Notes under the pieces: generated by a model | The model's database searches: none | What the model was told of the DNA's origin: nothing | Seen by the model: the letters and a program-made list of their open reading frames with translations, nothing else | DNA from: an uncultured Oscillospiraceae bacterium | GTDB lineage: Bacteria; Bacillota; Clostridia; Oscillospirales; Oscillospiraceae | Reading direction: 5' to 3' | NCBI GenBank assembly: GCA_905236515.1 | Contig: CAJOQP010000111.1 | Span: 1 to 58,508 of the forward strand | DNA: 58,508 bases | Position numbers and translations under genes: made by a program | Shown: positions 46,564-57,058 of the stretch, piece by piece | Layout of the letters: each line of letters opens with the position of its first letter | Numbering within the stretch: position 1 is the stretch's first letter

Positions 46564-47855
46564 ACAAAGAATCCATCCGTATGATGTAATTGCGGCCAGT
46601 AAGTAAACATTCCATCACAGCTCTGACCGAACGTTGTGAACGGAACCAGCTCGAAACCGGAATGATCAGACAGGAAACGATGTACCACGTCTTCATTTTC
46701 CTCTTTCAGTACCGTACAGGTGGAATACACCAGGATACCGCCCGGTTTTACGTTCTCTGATACATTGCAGAGAATATCATATTGTATCTGAGGAAGACCG
46801 AGAATCTCTTCCTCCCTTTTATATCGAATCTCAGGGCGTTTTCGTATTACGCCCATACCGGAACATGGTACATCTGCCAAAACCACGTCAAAACTGCCCT
46901 TGAGGGGTTCTCGGGCATCATGAGCAAGACATTCAACATTTGTAATCTGCAGACGACTGCAGTTTTCCGTAATACGGTGAAGCTTATTCTCGTGAATATC
47001 ACAGGCTGTTATGGAGCCGGTGTTTTTCATCCGAATAGAAGAACTGACAGTCTTCCCGCCAGGTGCGGCACAGCAGTCCAACACGGACATGTTCGGTTCG
47101 ATCCCCGCAACAGATGACACTTCGTGTGCAGCAGGATCCTGAATATAGAACAGTCCGTCAGAATAACCGGGGATCTTATCTACGCGCCCCATCTGTCGGA
47201 TCTGAACAGAATCCGGCCGTTGAGGATCCGAATCAAATGATATTCCCTGTTCATGAAGCGCAGATTCAAACAGATGCGCATCGGCAATCAATGTATTAAC
47301 ATACAGGGTTCGGCTTTCATTCTCATTGTTGGATATCATAAAAGCTTCGGTATGCTCCCTGCCGTATCGCGATACCAGCCGATGGACTAGCCATTTTGGA
47401 TGACTGTAACGTATCGAAAGATTCTCCTCAGGATCAGAGGAATCCGGTTCCGGAAGGTTGTTCTTCTCACGGATCATATTTCTCAGAACCGCATTGACAA
47501 AACCGCAAGCTTTTTTTCTGCCCAGTGCCCTGCACCCGGAAACTGCAGTGTCTACCGCAGCGGAATCGGGAATTCGTTCCATGTAAAGAATCTGGGCGGC
47601 TCCAACCCGAAGCAGTTCCAGAACATCACTTTCCATTTTATCCATCGGAATACTGCTGAAATGCTGCAGATAAAAATCAATCAAGGACTGATGTTCCAGT
47701 ACACTTTTTGAAAGCGCAGCTGCTAAAGCGGTGTCGCGCGAATCCAGATTATATCGATTCTGGGCCGATGTAATCGTTTCGGAAGCCCAGGATTTCTGTT
47801 TTCGAAAGCGTTTCAGAATGTAGATTGCCGCAAGGCGTGAATCCAGTGCGCTCAT
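46539..47855 (-). CDS. rsmB: 16S rRNA (cytosine967-C5)-methyltransferase RsmB
   Basis: 438 aa with an N-terminal NusB-like domain, LDCCAAPGGKT, DVPCSG and STCT. Confidence 0.93.
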   Translation of the reverse strand: MSALDSRLAAIYILKRFRKQKSWASETITSAQNRYNLDSRDTALAAALSKSVLEHQSLIDFYLQHFSSIPMDKMESDVLELLRVGAAQILYMERIPDSAAVDTAVSGCRALGRKKACGFVNAVLRNMIREKNNLPEPDSSDPEENLSIRYSHPKWLVHRLVSRYGREHTEAFMISNNENESRTLYVNTLIADAHLFESALHEQGISFDSDPQRPDSVQIRQMGRVDKIPGYSDGLFYIQDPAAHEVSSVAGIEPNMSVLDCCAAPGGKTVSSSIRMKNTGSITACDIHENKLHRITENCSRLQITNVECLAHDAREPLKGSFDVVLADVPCSGMGVIRKRPEIRYKREEEILGLPQIQYDILCNVSENVKPGGILVYSTCTVLKEENEDVVHRFLSDHSGFELVPFTTFGQSCDGMFTYWPQLHHTDGFFVCKMKKTN

Positions 47856-48772
47856 ACTACCTCCAGCGGATGACCGCGCAGATAGTCCGATGCGGTCATG
47901 CGTTTTTTGCCGGACGCCTGAACTTCAGTGATCAGGATAGAATCTCCGTCTCCGCAGACAACTTCAATTCCGTTTTTATCTGCTGCGACAACAGTTCCTG
48001 CAACTTTATCATAGTTGCGGTGCGTGTACACTGCTTTGAAAACCTTCAGATCGCTCCCGCCGATGCTGGCTGTGGCCACGGGCCACGGCTGCAGACCATA
48101 GATCTTTTTGATAACCTGTTTGGATGTGGCGGAAAAATCAATTGGGCATATGGACTTATCCAGCATATGCACATTAGAAGCTTCTTCATCGTTCTGTGGT
48201 ATTCTGGGAGCCGTCCCGGATTCAATGTCATGGAGAGTTTTAATCAGAAGATCTGCACCTAAGACTTTCAGACGGTCGAAAAGCTCGCCGGAAGTTTCGT
48301 ATTCCCCTATCGTTGTTTCTGCCTGATAGATGATATCTCCGCAGTCCATTTTACTGGCGAGATACATCGTGGTGATGCCGGTGATATCATCTCCATTTAG
48401 AACAGCCCACTGGATCGGCGCTGCTCCGCGGTATTTCGGCAGCAGAGAACCATGCACATTGACGGCGCCATATTGAGGGATGGCCAGAATATCATCCGGA
48501 ATCAGTTTGCCGTATGCTACGACAACAAGTATATCCGGATTAAGACTACGGATTTGATCTACAGCTTCTTCTGTCCGCAGCGTAGTGGGCTGATAAACAG
48601 GCAGGCCATGAGCCAATGCGACTTTTTTTACGTCACAGTAGCTTACTTCCATTCCTCGCCCGCGTGGTTTATCCGGCTGCGTAAAAACAGCAGCAACATC
48701 AAAACTGTTTTCCAGTAGGGCTTCCAGAGAAGCACTGGCGAAATCCGGAGTTCCCATAAATACGATTCGCAT
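47852..48772 (-). CDS. fmt: Methionyl-tRNA formyltransferase
   Basis: 306 aa with MRIVFMGTPDFA and NVHGSLLPKYRGAAPIQ. It overlaps rsmB by 4 nt. Confidence 0.96.
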   Translation of the reverse strand: MRIVFMGTPDFASASLEALLENSFDVAAVFTQPDKPRGRGMEVSYCDVKKVALAHGLPVYQPTTLRTEEAVDQIRSLNPDILVVVAYGKLIPDDILAIPQYGAVNVHGSLLPKYRGAAPIQWAVLNGDDITGITTMYLASKMDCGDIIYQAETTIGEYETSGELFDRLKVLGADLLIKTLHDIESGTAPRIPQNDEEASNVHMLDKSICPIDFSATSKQVIKKIYGLQPWPVATASIGGSDLKVFKAVYTHRNYDKVAGTVVAADKNGIEVVCGDGDSILITEVQASGKKRMTASDYLRGHPLEVV

Positions 48773-49275
48773 TATTCGTCGACCTCGTTATTTCCTAATT
48801 CTTCATCGGTAAGCATGCGTTCACATTTTTCCAGAAACAGATGACCGCTGAGATGATCGATCTCATGACAAAAGCATCGTGCAGTCAGCCCGGTACCGCT
48901 TACTTCAAACGTCTGGCCGAATCGATTCTGAGCCCGAACAGTAACGTTCATCGGTCTTGTGACGATACCATATTCTCCGGGAACGCTCAGGCATCCTTCT
49001 GCGCCGGTCTGTTCCCCATCCTGAGAAATGATCTCAGGGTTGATGAGTTCTATCAGCTGTTCCTCTTCTCCTTCCGGAACATTGGTTTCCAAAACGATAA
49101 CCGCCTGACGAAGTACACCTACCTGCGGTGCTGCAAGGCCAACGCCTCCTGCCTGCTTCAGCGTTTCTGCCATATCATCCAGTAACATGTGCAGCCGTGT
49201 ATTGAACTCGGTTACAGGGCGGCACTGTTTATTTAAAGTCTCATCTCCGTTTGTTAGTATGTTGCGTAATGCCAT
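48772..49275 (-). CDS. def: Peptide deformylase
   Basis: 167 aa with GVGLAAPQ, EGCLS and HEIDH. Confidence 0.96.
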   Translation of the reverse strand: MALRNILTNGDETLNKQCRPVTEFNTRLHMLLDDMAETLKQAGGVGLAAPQVGVLRQAVIVLETNVPEGEEEQLIELINPEIISQDGEQTGAEGCLSVPGEYGIVTRPMNVTVRAQNRFGQTFEVSGTGLTARCFCHEIDHLSGHLFLEKCERMLTDEELGNNEVDE

Positions 49276-49293
49276 ATTAGTTCCTTCTTTCTG

Positions 49294-51534
49294 CTACTCG
49301 AGGGGATTGCTTTCTGCAAATACAGAAACACCTTTAAACTTCTTGTTCTTACTGCAGTAGATTACAATGGAAGCCAGACGCTGGCGGATGTCCCGGTCTC
49401 CGTTGCATCGTATGGAAACACGATACCGGAAATGCCGGTTTACCATGACGATATGATATGGGGCGATACCGAGAACATGAAGATCCGGCCGTTCGTTTTC
49501 CCATTTTGTCAGCACCTGATCAATATATCTGCAGCATCGGATGACTTCCGATTCGTCAGTCCCGGAAACTGTTATGGAATACAGTTCCTGAAACGGCGGT
49601 GACTGCTGTAATTCACGAAGCCGGATCTCCGACTCGTAAAACCCCTTGTAATCCTGTTTTGCGGCTAATTTGATCGTATCATTATCCGGAGTATATGTCT
49701 GTATGATCGCGCGCCCTTCCCTTTCTCCCCGACCGCTTCGTCCTACGACCTGAGTCAGCAGAGAAAACGTTTTTTCATTGGCGCGATAATCGTTCACATA
49801 TAAACTCTGATCGGCAGACAAGACTCCTACCAGAGTTACATTTTCGAAATCCAGACCTTTGGTCACCATTTGTGTTCCGATCATTATCGGGATCCTGTCG
49901 GCGCGAAACTGCTCAAATAAGAGTTTATGCCCGCCTGCCTTGGATACACTGTCTGCATCCATGCGGATCGTCTTCACACCAGGAAACAGAGAATCAAGTT
50001 CCTCTTCAATCAGTTCGGTTCCAGCACCGACATAATTCAGTATCCCTCCGCAGTCTGGGCAATGCTCATCCACCCGACTGCTGTATCCGCAGTAGTGGCA
50101 GATTAGACGCTTGCGGTCAGAATGATATGTCATGGAAACACTACAGTTTGGGCACTGATATACATATCCGCATTCACTGCATTGAATCAGACGGTTTCGT
50201 CCGCGCCGGTTGAGAAAGAGGATGGTCTGTTCTCCGGAATTGATGTTTTCCCGAATCTCTTCCTCCAGAACCCGGCTGATGTTTCGACCGTTTCCATGCC
50301 GTAGCTCCTCTTTCATATCAACGATCTTTACTTCGGGGAGTTTCTGATTGTTATACCGTCCGTGAAGCTCATAACGATGATAGATACCCTTTTCAGCGGC
50401 ATACCAGCTCTCCACTGCTGGTGTCGCGCTTCCCAACACAAGGAGACCTCCGCACTTAACGCAGCGGTACTTTGCGATCTCCTTCGCATCATAACGAGGA
50501 GTGTTTTCCGAACGGTAGGTATCTTCCTGCTCCTCATCAATAACGATCAGCCCAAGATCCTTTACCGGAGCAAAAATCGCACTTCGCGTTCCGATTACGA
50601 CAGTGGCCTGACCATATCGGATGCGCTTCCATTCATCATATCGTTCCCCGATGGAAAGACTGCTGTGCAGTACCGCGATCTGATCGCCGAAATACTGCGA
50701 GAATGTACGGATCATCTGAGGAGTTAATGCGATCTCAGGGACGAGAAGGATAACTCCCTTACTCCTCTGAAGCATCTGATGGATCAAGTGCATATAGATC
50801 GTGGTCTTTCCGCTTCCGGTGACACCGTAAAGAAGTGCAGCCTGCCCTTCGTTTTCTGACAAAAGAGGCAGCATCTCTTCGTACACCGCCTTTTGCCCTT
50901 CGTTCAGAACCGGCAGAGGCTGAGTTTCCCCCTGAAACAGTTCCGGACGTCGGAACGTTTCCTCTTTTGTGATCTCCACCAGTTCTTCTTTCACAAGACA
51001 GTCAATAGTCGCCCTGGATACCTGGATGAAGTCCATCAGATCCCGCAGCTGGACCTGCCCAAGCGGAGCAAGGGTCTTCAAAACTTCAGCCTGTCGCCGG
51101 GCCTTCCGCTGTTTTATTTCTGCGATCCTCAAAGCTTCTTCGCCCGGAACGGATAAACTGATATATTCGATGTATTTATCCGTTGCCTTCTTTTTTCCGC
51201 TTTTATTGAACCACAAACCGGTTGGAAGCATGGATTTTACTGCATCATAAACAGTACAGAAGAAGCGGTCATGCATCCATAATGCCAGCTGCACCATCTC
51301 TGCAGACAGAACTGGTTCCTGGTCCAAAACCAGAGAGATCTCTTTCAGATTTTCATAATCGGATTGATCCGCAATACCGATGACCAGTGCTTCTGTGGCA
51401 CGGTTTCCTCTTGAAAAAGGAACCATAACCCGGCAACCGATCTGAACCTGAGAAACCAAATGTTCAGGAATAAGATAGTCATAGGGCTGATCAATCCAGT
51501 ATGTTGCATTGGAAACAGCAACTTTTGCAATCAT
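49294..51534 (-). CDS. priA: Primosomal replication restart helicase PriA
   Basis: The start is ATG 51534 (SD GGAAGG). Motifs are Walker A GVTGSGKT, DEEQ and the Cys-rich zinc insertion C..C...C..C. Confidence 0.95.
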   Translation of the reverse strand: MIAKVAVSNATYWIDQPYDYLIPEHLVSQVQIGCRVMVPFSRGNRATEALVIGIADQSDYENLKEISLVLDQEPVLSAEMVQLALWMHDRFFCTVYDAVKSMLPTGLWFNKSGKKKATDKYIEYISLSVPGEEALRIAEIKQRKARRQAEVLKTLAPLGQVQLRDLMDFIQVSRATIDCLVKEELVEITKEETFRRPELFQGETQPLPVLNEGQKAVYEEMLPLLSENEGQAALLYGVTGSGKTTIYMHLIHQMLQRSKGVILLVPEIALTPQMIRTFSQYFGDQIAVLHSSLSIGERYDEWKRIRYGQATVVIGTRSAIFAPVKDLGLIVIDEEQEDTYRSENTPRYDAKEIAKYRCVKCGGLLVLGSATPAVESWYAAEKGIYHRYELHGRYNNQKLPEVKIVDMKEELRHGNGRNISRVLEEEIRENINSGEQTILFLNRRGRNRLIQCSECGYVYQCPNCSVSMTYHSDRKRLICHYCGYSSRVDEHCPDCGGILNYVGAGTELIEEELDSLFPGVKTIRMDADSVSKAGGHKLLFEQFRADRIPIMIGTQMVTKGLDFENVTLVGVLSADQSLYVNDYRANEKTFSLLTQVVGRSGRGEREGRAIIQTYTPDNDTIKLAAKQDYKGFYESEIRLRELQQSPPFQELYSITVSGTDESEVIRCCRYIDQVLTKWENERPDLHVLGIAPYHIVMVNRHFRYRVSIRCNGDRDIRQRLASIVIYCSKNKKFKGVSVFAESNPLE

Positions 51535-51581
51535 TGATCTGCCTTCCTTCATAAAAGATTACTTTTGATAACACGAGAAAC

Positions 51582-51602
51582 AGGCGAGGATAATCCTCGC
51601 CT
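51582..51602 (-). terminator. Hairpin after rpoZ (weak terminator or processing site upstream of priA)
   Basis: 9-bp GC-rich stem aggcgagga/tcctcgcct with a 3-nt loop. The downstream T tract is only modest. Confidence 0.5.
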
Positions 51603-51606
51603 AATT

Positions 51607-51798
51607 TCATTTTTCTATCGTCAGTTTACCGGTAAACACCTCATCAATGGCTTCTGAGACCGGTTTCTTGCCGGTTGCCAATTCAGGATCTTCCTCTTTG
51701 ATGGCCAGCTGGCGAGCACGGTGTGCAACCACATTGACCAGCATATAACGGCTGCCGACTTTATCGACCAGATCAGCCATAGGTGGATATAACATCAT
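51607..51798 (-). CDS. rpoZ: DNA-directed RNA polymerase subunit omega
   Basis: 63 aa with SRYMLVNVVAHRARQL. It overlaps gmk by 4 nt. Confidence 0.9.
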   Translation of the reverse strand: MMLYPPMADLVDKVGSRYMLVNVVAHRARQLAIKEEDPELATGKKPVSEAIDEVFTGKLTIEK

Positions 51799-52418
51799 AA
51801 TGAATACGCCTCCGTTAAATCATTTATTCTTTTATTATATTTATAGTTCTGAGTAGCAATAATGGAGATTACTTCACTGATCGCGGTCTCAAGAACATCA
51901 TTCACAATAATATAATCGTAATTCTCAATCTTTTCAATCTCAGATTTTGCCTGTTTCAAACGAGCCTGGATCTTTTCCATGGAATCAGTCCCGCGGTTCA
52001 CGAGTCTTCTTTCTAGCTCTTCCCATGACGGAGGGATCACAAACATGGTGACTGCTTCCGGAAACTGATCCTTTACCTGTTCTGCCCCCTGCACTTCAAT
52101 GTCCAGCAGAATACTGGAACCATTTTCAATCTTATCCAGTACCGCTTTACGCGGAGTGCCGTAGTAGTTTCCTACATATTCCGCATGCTCCAGCAGCTCA
52201 TTATTATCGATCATCTGCTGGAATCGTTCTTTTGTTACGAAGAAGTAATCGACTCCTTCCGTCTCTCCTTCTCTCTGCTGTCTTGTAGTGGCAGATACAG
52301 AGAAAGAAAGATCATTGCAGGTATCCAGCACAGTATTTACAATGGTGCTTTTTCCAGTTCCGGAAGGACCGGATACCACGATGAGACAGCCGGTTTTTTT
52401 ATTCCTCGGATTCATCAT
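51795..52418 (-). CDS. gmk: Guanylate kinase
   Basis: P-loop GPSGTGKST and TTRQQREGE. The start is ATG 52418 or 52415, overlapping the remA end. Confidence 0.95.
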   Translation of the reverse strand: MMNPRNKKTGCLIVVSGPSGTGKSTIVNTVLDTCNDLSFSVSATTRQQREGETEGVDYFFVTKERFQQMIDNNELLEHAEYVGNYYGTPRKAVLDKIENGSSILLDIEVQGAEQVKDQFPEAVTMFVIPPSWEELERRLVNRGTDSMEKIQARLKQAKSEIEKIENYDYIIVNDVLETAISEVISIIATQNYKYNKRINDLTEAYSL

Positions 52419-52653
52419 TAATAGCAGCAATCCTTTCTGAGATAGTTTCTGTTTCAAGGGACGACAAAACAACATTCCCATTGTCCATCATCAGTACAGA
52501 ACGGGTACTTCTGCCAAAAGAAGCATCAATCAGCATTCCATCTTCCTTTACTTCCTGAATGATTCTTTTTATGGGAGCAGAATCAGGGCTGACGACCGCT
52601 ATGATCCGTTCAGCAGATACCATATTGCCAAAACCAATATTTAATAAAGTCAT
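52399..52653 (-). CDS. remA: Extracellular matrix/biofilm regulator RemA (DUF370)
   Basis: 84 aa with [28 protein letters not shown], close to the B. subtilis RemA/YlzA pattern. Confidence 0.92.
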   Translation of the reverse strand: MTLLNIGFGNMVSAERIIAVVSPDSAPIKRIIQEVKEDGMLIDASFGRSTRSVLMMDNGNVVLSSLETETISERIAAINDESEE

Positions 52654-52666
52654 GAGCCTTCAGTCC

Positions 52667-53545
52667 TTACTCAATATTCTGAACCTGTTCACGCATTTTT
52701 TCGATCTCGGACTTCATATCAACGACATAATGTGCAACTTCCGAATTCTGACATTTTGAACCGATGGTATTCGCCTCACGGTTGAATTCCTGGATCAGAA
52801 AGTCCATTTTCCGCCCAATGGGAGATCCCTGTTCGATCATCATCTTCAACTGTGCGATATGGCTGTGGAGTCGAACAGTTTCCTCGTTGATCGCGATATG
52901 ATCAGCGTAAATGGCCGCCTCCTGAATGATCCGATTCTCCTCTACGGAAGAGTCCTCCAAGACGTCTTTCATTTTCTGAAGAAGCCGATTCTGGTATTCT
53001 TCTACCGTTTTAGGAGCTTCTTCTTCAATCTTGGAAAGCAGAGCTTCGATGCAGGCGATCTTCTCATATAGATCCTGCTGTAGTTTTTCCCCTTCGATGG
53101 CACGCATACGGTCAAAGTCATCGACTGCAGCCAAAGTCAGTTCCTGCATCCCAGCAGAAACGGCATCCATATCCAGTTCCTTTTTTTCCAGAGAAAGGAC
53201 ATCAGGAAAACGACTGATGGTAACAGCGTCAACATTATTGGGTATTTCGAATTCTTCTGATAGGGACTTGAGGGCCTCGAAGTATCCGCGGGCCAACGGC
53301 TCATTGATGCGAACGATCAGATCTTCAGAGGAAGAGGAATCAATCGTAACAAATACATCGATCTTTCCGCGGGAAAGTTTGCTCTGAATAGCGCTTTTAA
53401 TTTTATCTTCCAGGAAAACGAATCCGCGAGGGACTCGGACCGAAGTGTCGAGGTATCGGTTGTTAACTGATTTCAGTTCGATGGTGACATCCAGATCTTC
53501 AATCTTGCCTTTAGCGGTTCCATATCCTGTCATGCTGTATATCAT
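52667..53545 (-). CDS. YicC/YloC-family endoribonuclease
   Basis: 292 aa with an N-terminal SMTGYG and a C-terminal EFNREANTIGSK...EKMREQVQNIE. Confidence 0.92.
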   Translation of the reverse strand: MIYSMTGYGTAKGKIEDLDVTIELKSVNNRYLDTSVRVPRGFVFLEDKIKSAIQSKLSRGKIDVFVTIDSSSSEDLIVRINEPLARGYFEALKSLSEEFEIPNNVDAVTISRFPDVLSLEKKELDMDAVSAGMQELTLAAVDDFDRMRAIEGEKLQQDLYEKIACIEALLSKIEEEAPKTVEEYQNRLLQKMKDVLEDSSVEENRIIQEAAIYADHIAINEETVRLHSHIAQLKMMIEQGSPIGRKMDFLIQEFNREANTIGSKCQNSEVAHYVVDMKSEIEKMREQVQNIE

Positions 53546-53563
53546 GTTGTTTTCCTGTCCTTA

Positions 53564-54823
53564 CTAATTATTCTTTAGAGAAACCGTCATCTGATACGTT
53601 CCGACGATTCCGATATCATTAATGTCACATGTAATTGTGACGGGTACCGTGACGCTTCCAGCCTCGTGAGTTGCGTTTGCCAGATCTGCAACGGCGTGAA
53701 GATTGGCTTCCGAAACATTTTCCAGATCATCCTTAGATCCACGAAGAAGGATCGTAAGATTACCAACTGGTTCCGCAATCATGTTCTCAGGAACATTGTC
53801 ACATACGATATCCGTGACCGTAAACTCTCTTACTTCCATTCCCTGAATGGTGATCTTTACTTTTGCGCGAGTGACATTATCTACGGAAGAAACCCCTTCC
53901 GGATAGGTAATATCATAATCCTGTTCGTAGGATTCCCCTAGACCATCCAGACTGAAGGATCCGAGGCTGATTGATTCCAGCGAGTTAAGTACTTCAGGAT
54001 CTCCGGTGACTTCGACCTGAGAAGGATCGATGCTGACGTTACAGTCTTCTTTCGTCAGACCTGTGGTATCCTCAATCTTCAGAGTCAACGGAACCATCTT
54101 TGTCGTACCGATAGGCACGGATACATCCACATGATCAACAGAAAACAAAAGACTGCTCTTATTGATCTCTTCACCATTTACATCCAGTACCACAAACTGA
54201 TCGCTGTCAACAGAGATTGTCTCCTTTATATCAGCAGCGGCGTTTGTTCCGTACATATATATTTTTACACCAGCTATATTCTGAAGCACATAGGAGGATC
54301 CGGATATGTTGATGGAAGTCGGGTCCACTACGGGATCCTTCGCGTAATAACCATATGCAGTCGTCCCGGAAAATTCTGCCTTGATATCTACCGTCTTGGA
54401 TTTCAGTTCCGAGATGCTGAAACTGATTGTTTCCGGGTTCCTGCTGACAACAGAGATGTTGTTGTTCTCGTTGCCTATTCCGGTATATTTCAGATAATAA
54501 GCCCACTTCATTTCTCCGGTACGAGTGATGCTGCCGACATCGATCACAGCTGCAATCTTCGAAGAATCCAGTCTTCCCATGACTCTTCTGCTGCCGCGAA
54601 GTGTTACGGACACTTTATCAGTATCTACATTAGCGATCGCCAGGCCGGCAGCTTCCAGATCATCTTCTCCGGTAAATTCGACTTTCACATCGGAAAAAGT
54701 ACGGGTGATAGTCGAATTGTCCTGCTGCGTTACATAAGCCCACAAAACCAGAGAAATGAAAAGAGAGACGACCATCCAAAACAGCTTGCTGTCTGTTATT
54801 TTAGATTTACTTTTTTGATTCAT
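53564..54823 (-). CDS. cdaR: YbbR-domain protein CdaR (regulator of diadenylate cyclase)
   Basis: 419 aa with an N-terminal TM segment and repeated YbbR-like beta-rich modules. It overlaps cdaA by 17 nt. Confidence 0.85.
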   Translation of the reverse strand: MNQKSKSKITDSKLFWMVVSLFISLVLWAYVTQQDNSTITRTFSDVKVEFTGEDDLEAAGLAIANVDTDKVSVTLRGSRRVMGRLDSSKIAAVIDVGSITRTGEMKWAYYLKYTGIGNENNNISVVSRNPETISFSISELKSKTVDIKAEFSGTTAYGYYAKDPVVDPTSINISGSSYVLQNIAGVKIYMYGTNAAADIKETISVDSDQFVVLDVNGEEINKSSLLFSVDHVDVSVPIGTTKMVPLTLKIEDTTGLTKEDCNVSIDPSQVEVTGDPEVLNSLESISLGSFSLDGLGESYEQDYDITYPEGVSSVDNVTRAKVKITIQGMEVREFTVTDIVCDNVPENMIAEPVGNLTILLRGSKDDLENVSEANLHAVADLANATHEAGSVTVPVTITCDINDIGIVGTYQMTVSLKNN

Positions 54824-55694
54824 TGCCGCGTCCTTTCATGAAGTTCTGGATCCGAGCTATGAACCCGTCATTGGATTTGCTGTTTTCATTTTCGTCCGGG
54901 ATCAATTTGCTGCGAAGAAGTTTTTCTGCTGTAGCGGCGTTTAAATGACGTTTCAGCATTCCATTTTCCGCAATCGAAATAGAACCGGTTTCTTCGGACA
55001 CAATAACGATGATCGCATCAGAAGATTCGCTCATTCCGATACCGGCGCGATGACGCATTCCCAGATCTTTGCTGAGATTGTGACTCTGGGACAGCGGAAG
55101 AACACATCCGGCAGCCGCGACACGGCCATCACGTACAAAGACAGCACCATCATGCAGTGGAGCTTTAACAAAGAAAATATTTTTAAGAAGCTCCGAAGAC
55201 AATGCTGCATCAACTATAGTGCCGGTGCGCATATATTCATCCAGATTATTGGACCGTTCAAACACGATGAGAGCGCCGGTGCGGGTACTGCTCATCTGCT
55301 GGCATGCAATCACCGTCTGGGCGATGGCGCTATCCATGGCCGTAGCATTACTGTCCTTGGAGGAAAACAGTCTTGCGATGGAAGAACTGCTCCCCATTCG
55401 AGCCAGAAGTTTGCGCAGCTCCGGCTGGAAAATTATGACGATGGCAATAAGGCCAAGTTCGACACCTTTACGCAATATATAGTTGATCATGGTCAGGTTA
55501 AAGATCCCGGAAAGCCATAATATGATCAGCAGGACGATAATTCCCTTCGCAAGACGCATGGAGTTGGTCTTTCGAATCAGACCGATCAACTTATAGATGA
55601 GGAATGCCACGATTAGGATATCCAGCACATCCGTAAATCGAATGGTCAGGAAATAATTCCAGCTATTAATCAGTATGGAATGTAAAGCAGCCAA
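54807..55694 (-). CDS. cdaA: Diadenylate cyclase CdaA (DisA_N/DAC domain, membrane-bound)
   Basis: TTG start with SD AGGAGA. Three TM segments are followed by the DAC motifs GALIV, DGAV and RHRAG. Confidence 0.93.
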   Translation of the reverse strand: MAALHSILINSWNYFLTIRFTDVLDILIVAFLIYKLIGLIRKTNSMRLAKGIIVLLIILWLSGIFNLTMINYILRKGVELGLIAIVIIFQPELRKLLARMGSSSSIARLFSSKDSNATAMDSAIAQTVIACQQMSSTRTGALIVFERSNNLDEYMRTGTIVDAALSSELLKNIFFVKAPLHDGAVFVRDGRVAAAGCVLPLSQSHNLSKDLGMRHRAGIGMSESSDAIIVIVSEETGSISIAENGMLKRHLNAATAEKLLRSKLIPDENENSKSNDGFIARIQNFMKGRGNESKK

Positions 55695-55773
55695 ATCATT
55701 CTCCTATCTATCCAAATACATTCTAATAACCTTTAGTATTAATAGTTAATTATATGATATTAACGGTTATAAA

Positions 55774-56247
55774 TCAAATTTCTTCCAGAAGACATACTGC
55801 ATGAGCAGCTATCCCCTTTTCCTCTCCGGTAAAGCCGAGTTTTTCTTCTGTCGTAGCCTTTACGCTTACATGAGAAACATCAATCTTCAGCGCGTTGGCA
55901 ATGTTCTCCCGCATGGAAATGATATGGGGAGCCAGTTTCGGCTTCTGTGCAAGAATTGTTGAATCGATATTGCCAATTCTATATCCATTTTCATATACAA
56001 CACGACAGACTTCCTTAAGCAGTAAAATACTGTCTGCACCTTTAAAACGGTCGTCTGTATCCGGGAATAAATGACCGATATCACCGAGAGCTGCAGCACC
56101 CAGGATCGAATCCATGATGGCATGTACCAGAACATCTGCATCTGAGTGTCCGTCCAGTCCCTTCTCCCAGGAGATCTCTACACCTCCGAGGATCAGTTTG
56201 CGGCCTTCTACCAATCGGTGCACGTCATAACCATGTCCAATGCGCAT
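55774..56247 (-). CDS. ispF: 2-C-methyl-D-erythritol 2,4-cyclodiphosphate synthase
   Basis: 157 aa with [11 protein letters not shown] and GHSDADV. Confidence 0.96.
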   Translation of the reverse strand: MRIGHGYDVHRLVEGRKLILGGVEISWEKGLDGHSDADVLVHAIMDSILGAAALGDIGHLFPDTDDRFKGADSILLLKEVCRVVYENGYRIGNIDSTILAQKPKLAPHIISMRENIANALKIDVSHVSVKATTEEKLGFTGEEKGIAAHAVCLLEEI

Positions 56248-56975
56248 TATTCCACCCCTCTGTTTTCCAGAATCTTCTCAGCTACATAAAAATCTATTGG
56301 GCTGGTCAGTTTAATGTTTTCCGGGCTTCCTTCAACCACATGGATGTTAATACCCATCATTTCCACAGCGGAAGCATCGTCAGTTATCGTCCAGCCCTCA
56401 TTAATTGCTTTTGTTAAGGCTCCTTTGATCAGTGAAGCATCAAAAATCTGCGGTGTCTGAATAAGACGGGTCTTTTCTCGTGGGACTGTTCGTTCCACTT
56501 CATGTTTTACATCGATCTGCTTGATAGTATCTGTGGGAGGGATTCCAGGGATACAGGCACGATTGGAGCGTGCCCCTTTGGCGCAACGAAGGATCACATC
56601 TTCGGTAATGAGCGGGCGTGCTCCGTCGTGAATTCCAATGAGCTTAGCATTTCGGTTGCATTGAAAGATCCCTATATTGGAGGATTCAGCTCTTGTTTTT
56701 CCTCCCTCTACTACTTTTTTCACTTTTTTAAGACCGGCCTGGGCAATGATATCGGATAATTCTGCAAGGGATTCGTTCCGGGTAACAACAATGATCTCAT
56801 TGACGAATTCGGAATCTTCGAATGCCTGCAGTGTTCGAAGAATCACAGGTTTGCCTTTCAGATCGGCTGTAATCTTATCATAGCCCATGCGCTGTGAGCT
56901 TCCTGCGGCAAGGACAACCATGGAACAGGCAGGAGTTTTCATTTTTTGGGGAATAAGATTATTAATAAAAGACAT
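56247..56975 (-). CDS. ispD: 2-C-methyl-D-erythritol 4-phosphate cytidylyltransferase
   Basis: 242 aa with [10 protein letters not shown] and HDGARP. SD GGGGAGG is present. Its stop overlaps the ispF start by 1 nt. Confidence 0.93.
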   Translation of the reverse strand: MSFINNLIPQKMKTPACSMVVLAAGSSQRMGYDKITADLKGKPVILRTLQAFEDSEFVNEIIVVTRNESLAELSDIIAQAGLKKVKKVVEGGKTRAESSNIGIFQCNRNAKLIGIHDGARPLITEDVILRCAKGARSNRACIPGIPPTDTIKQIDVKHEVERTVPREKTRLIQTPQIFDASLIKGALTKAINEGWTITDDASAVEMMGINIHVVEGSPENIKLTSPIDFYVAEKILENRGVE

Positions 56976-56997
56976 TTTAAGCCTCCCCTATGATTAT

Positions 56998-57039
56998 TTT
57001 AAAAAAACTCCCTCATACTGGAAAAACCAATATGAGGGA
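56998..57039 (-). terminator. Rho-independent terminator after the ispH/S1 gene
   Basis: Stem tccctcata/tatgaggga followed by gttttttt on the minus strand. Confidence 0.8.
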
Positions 57040-57058
57040 TTCTTAAGATCGAATCAGT

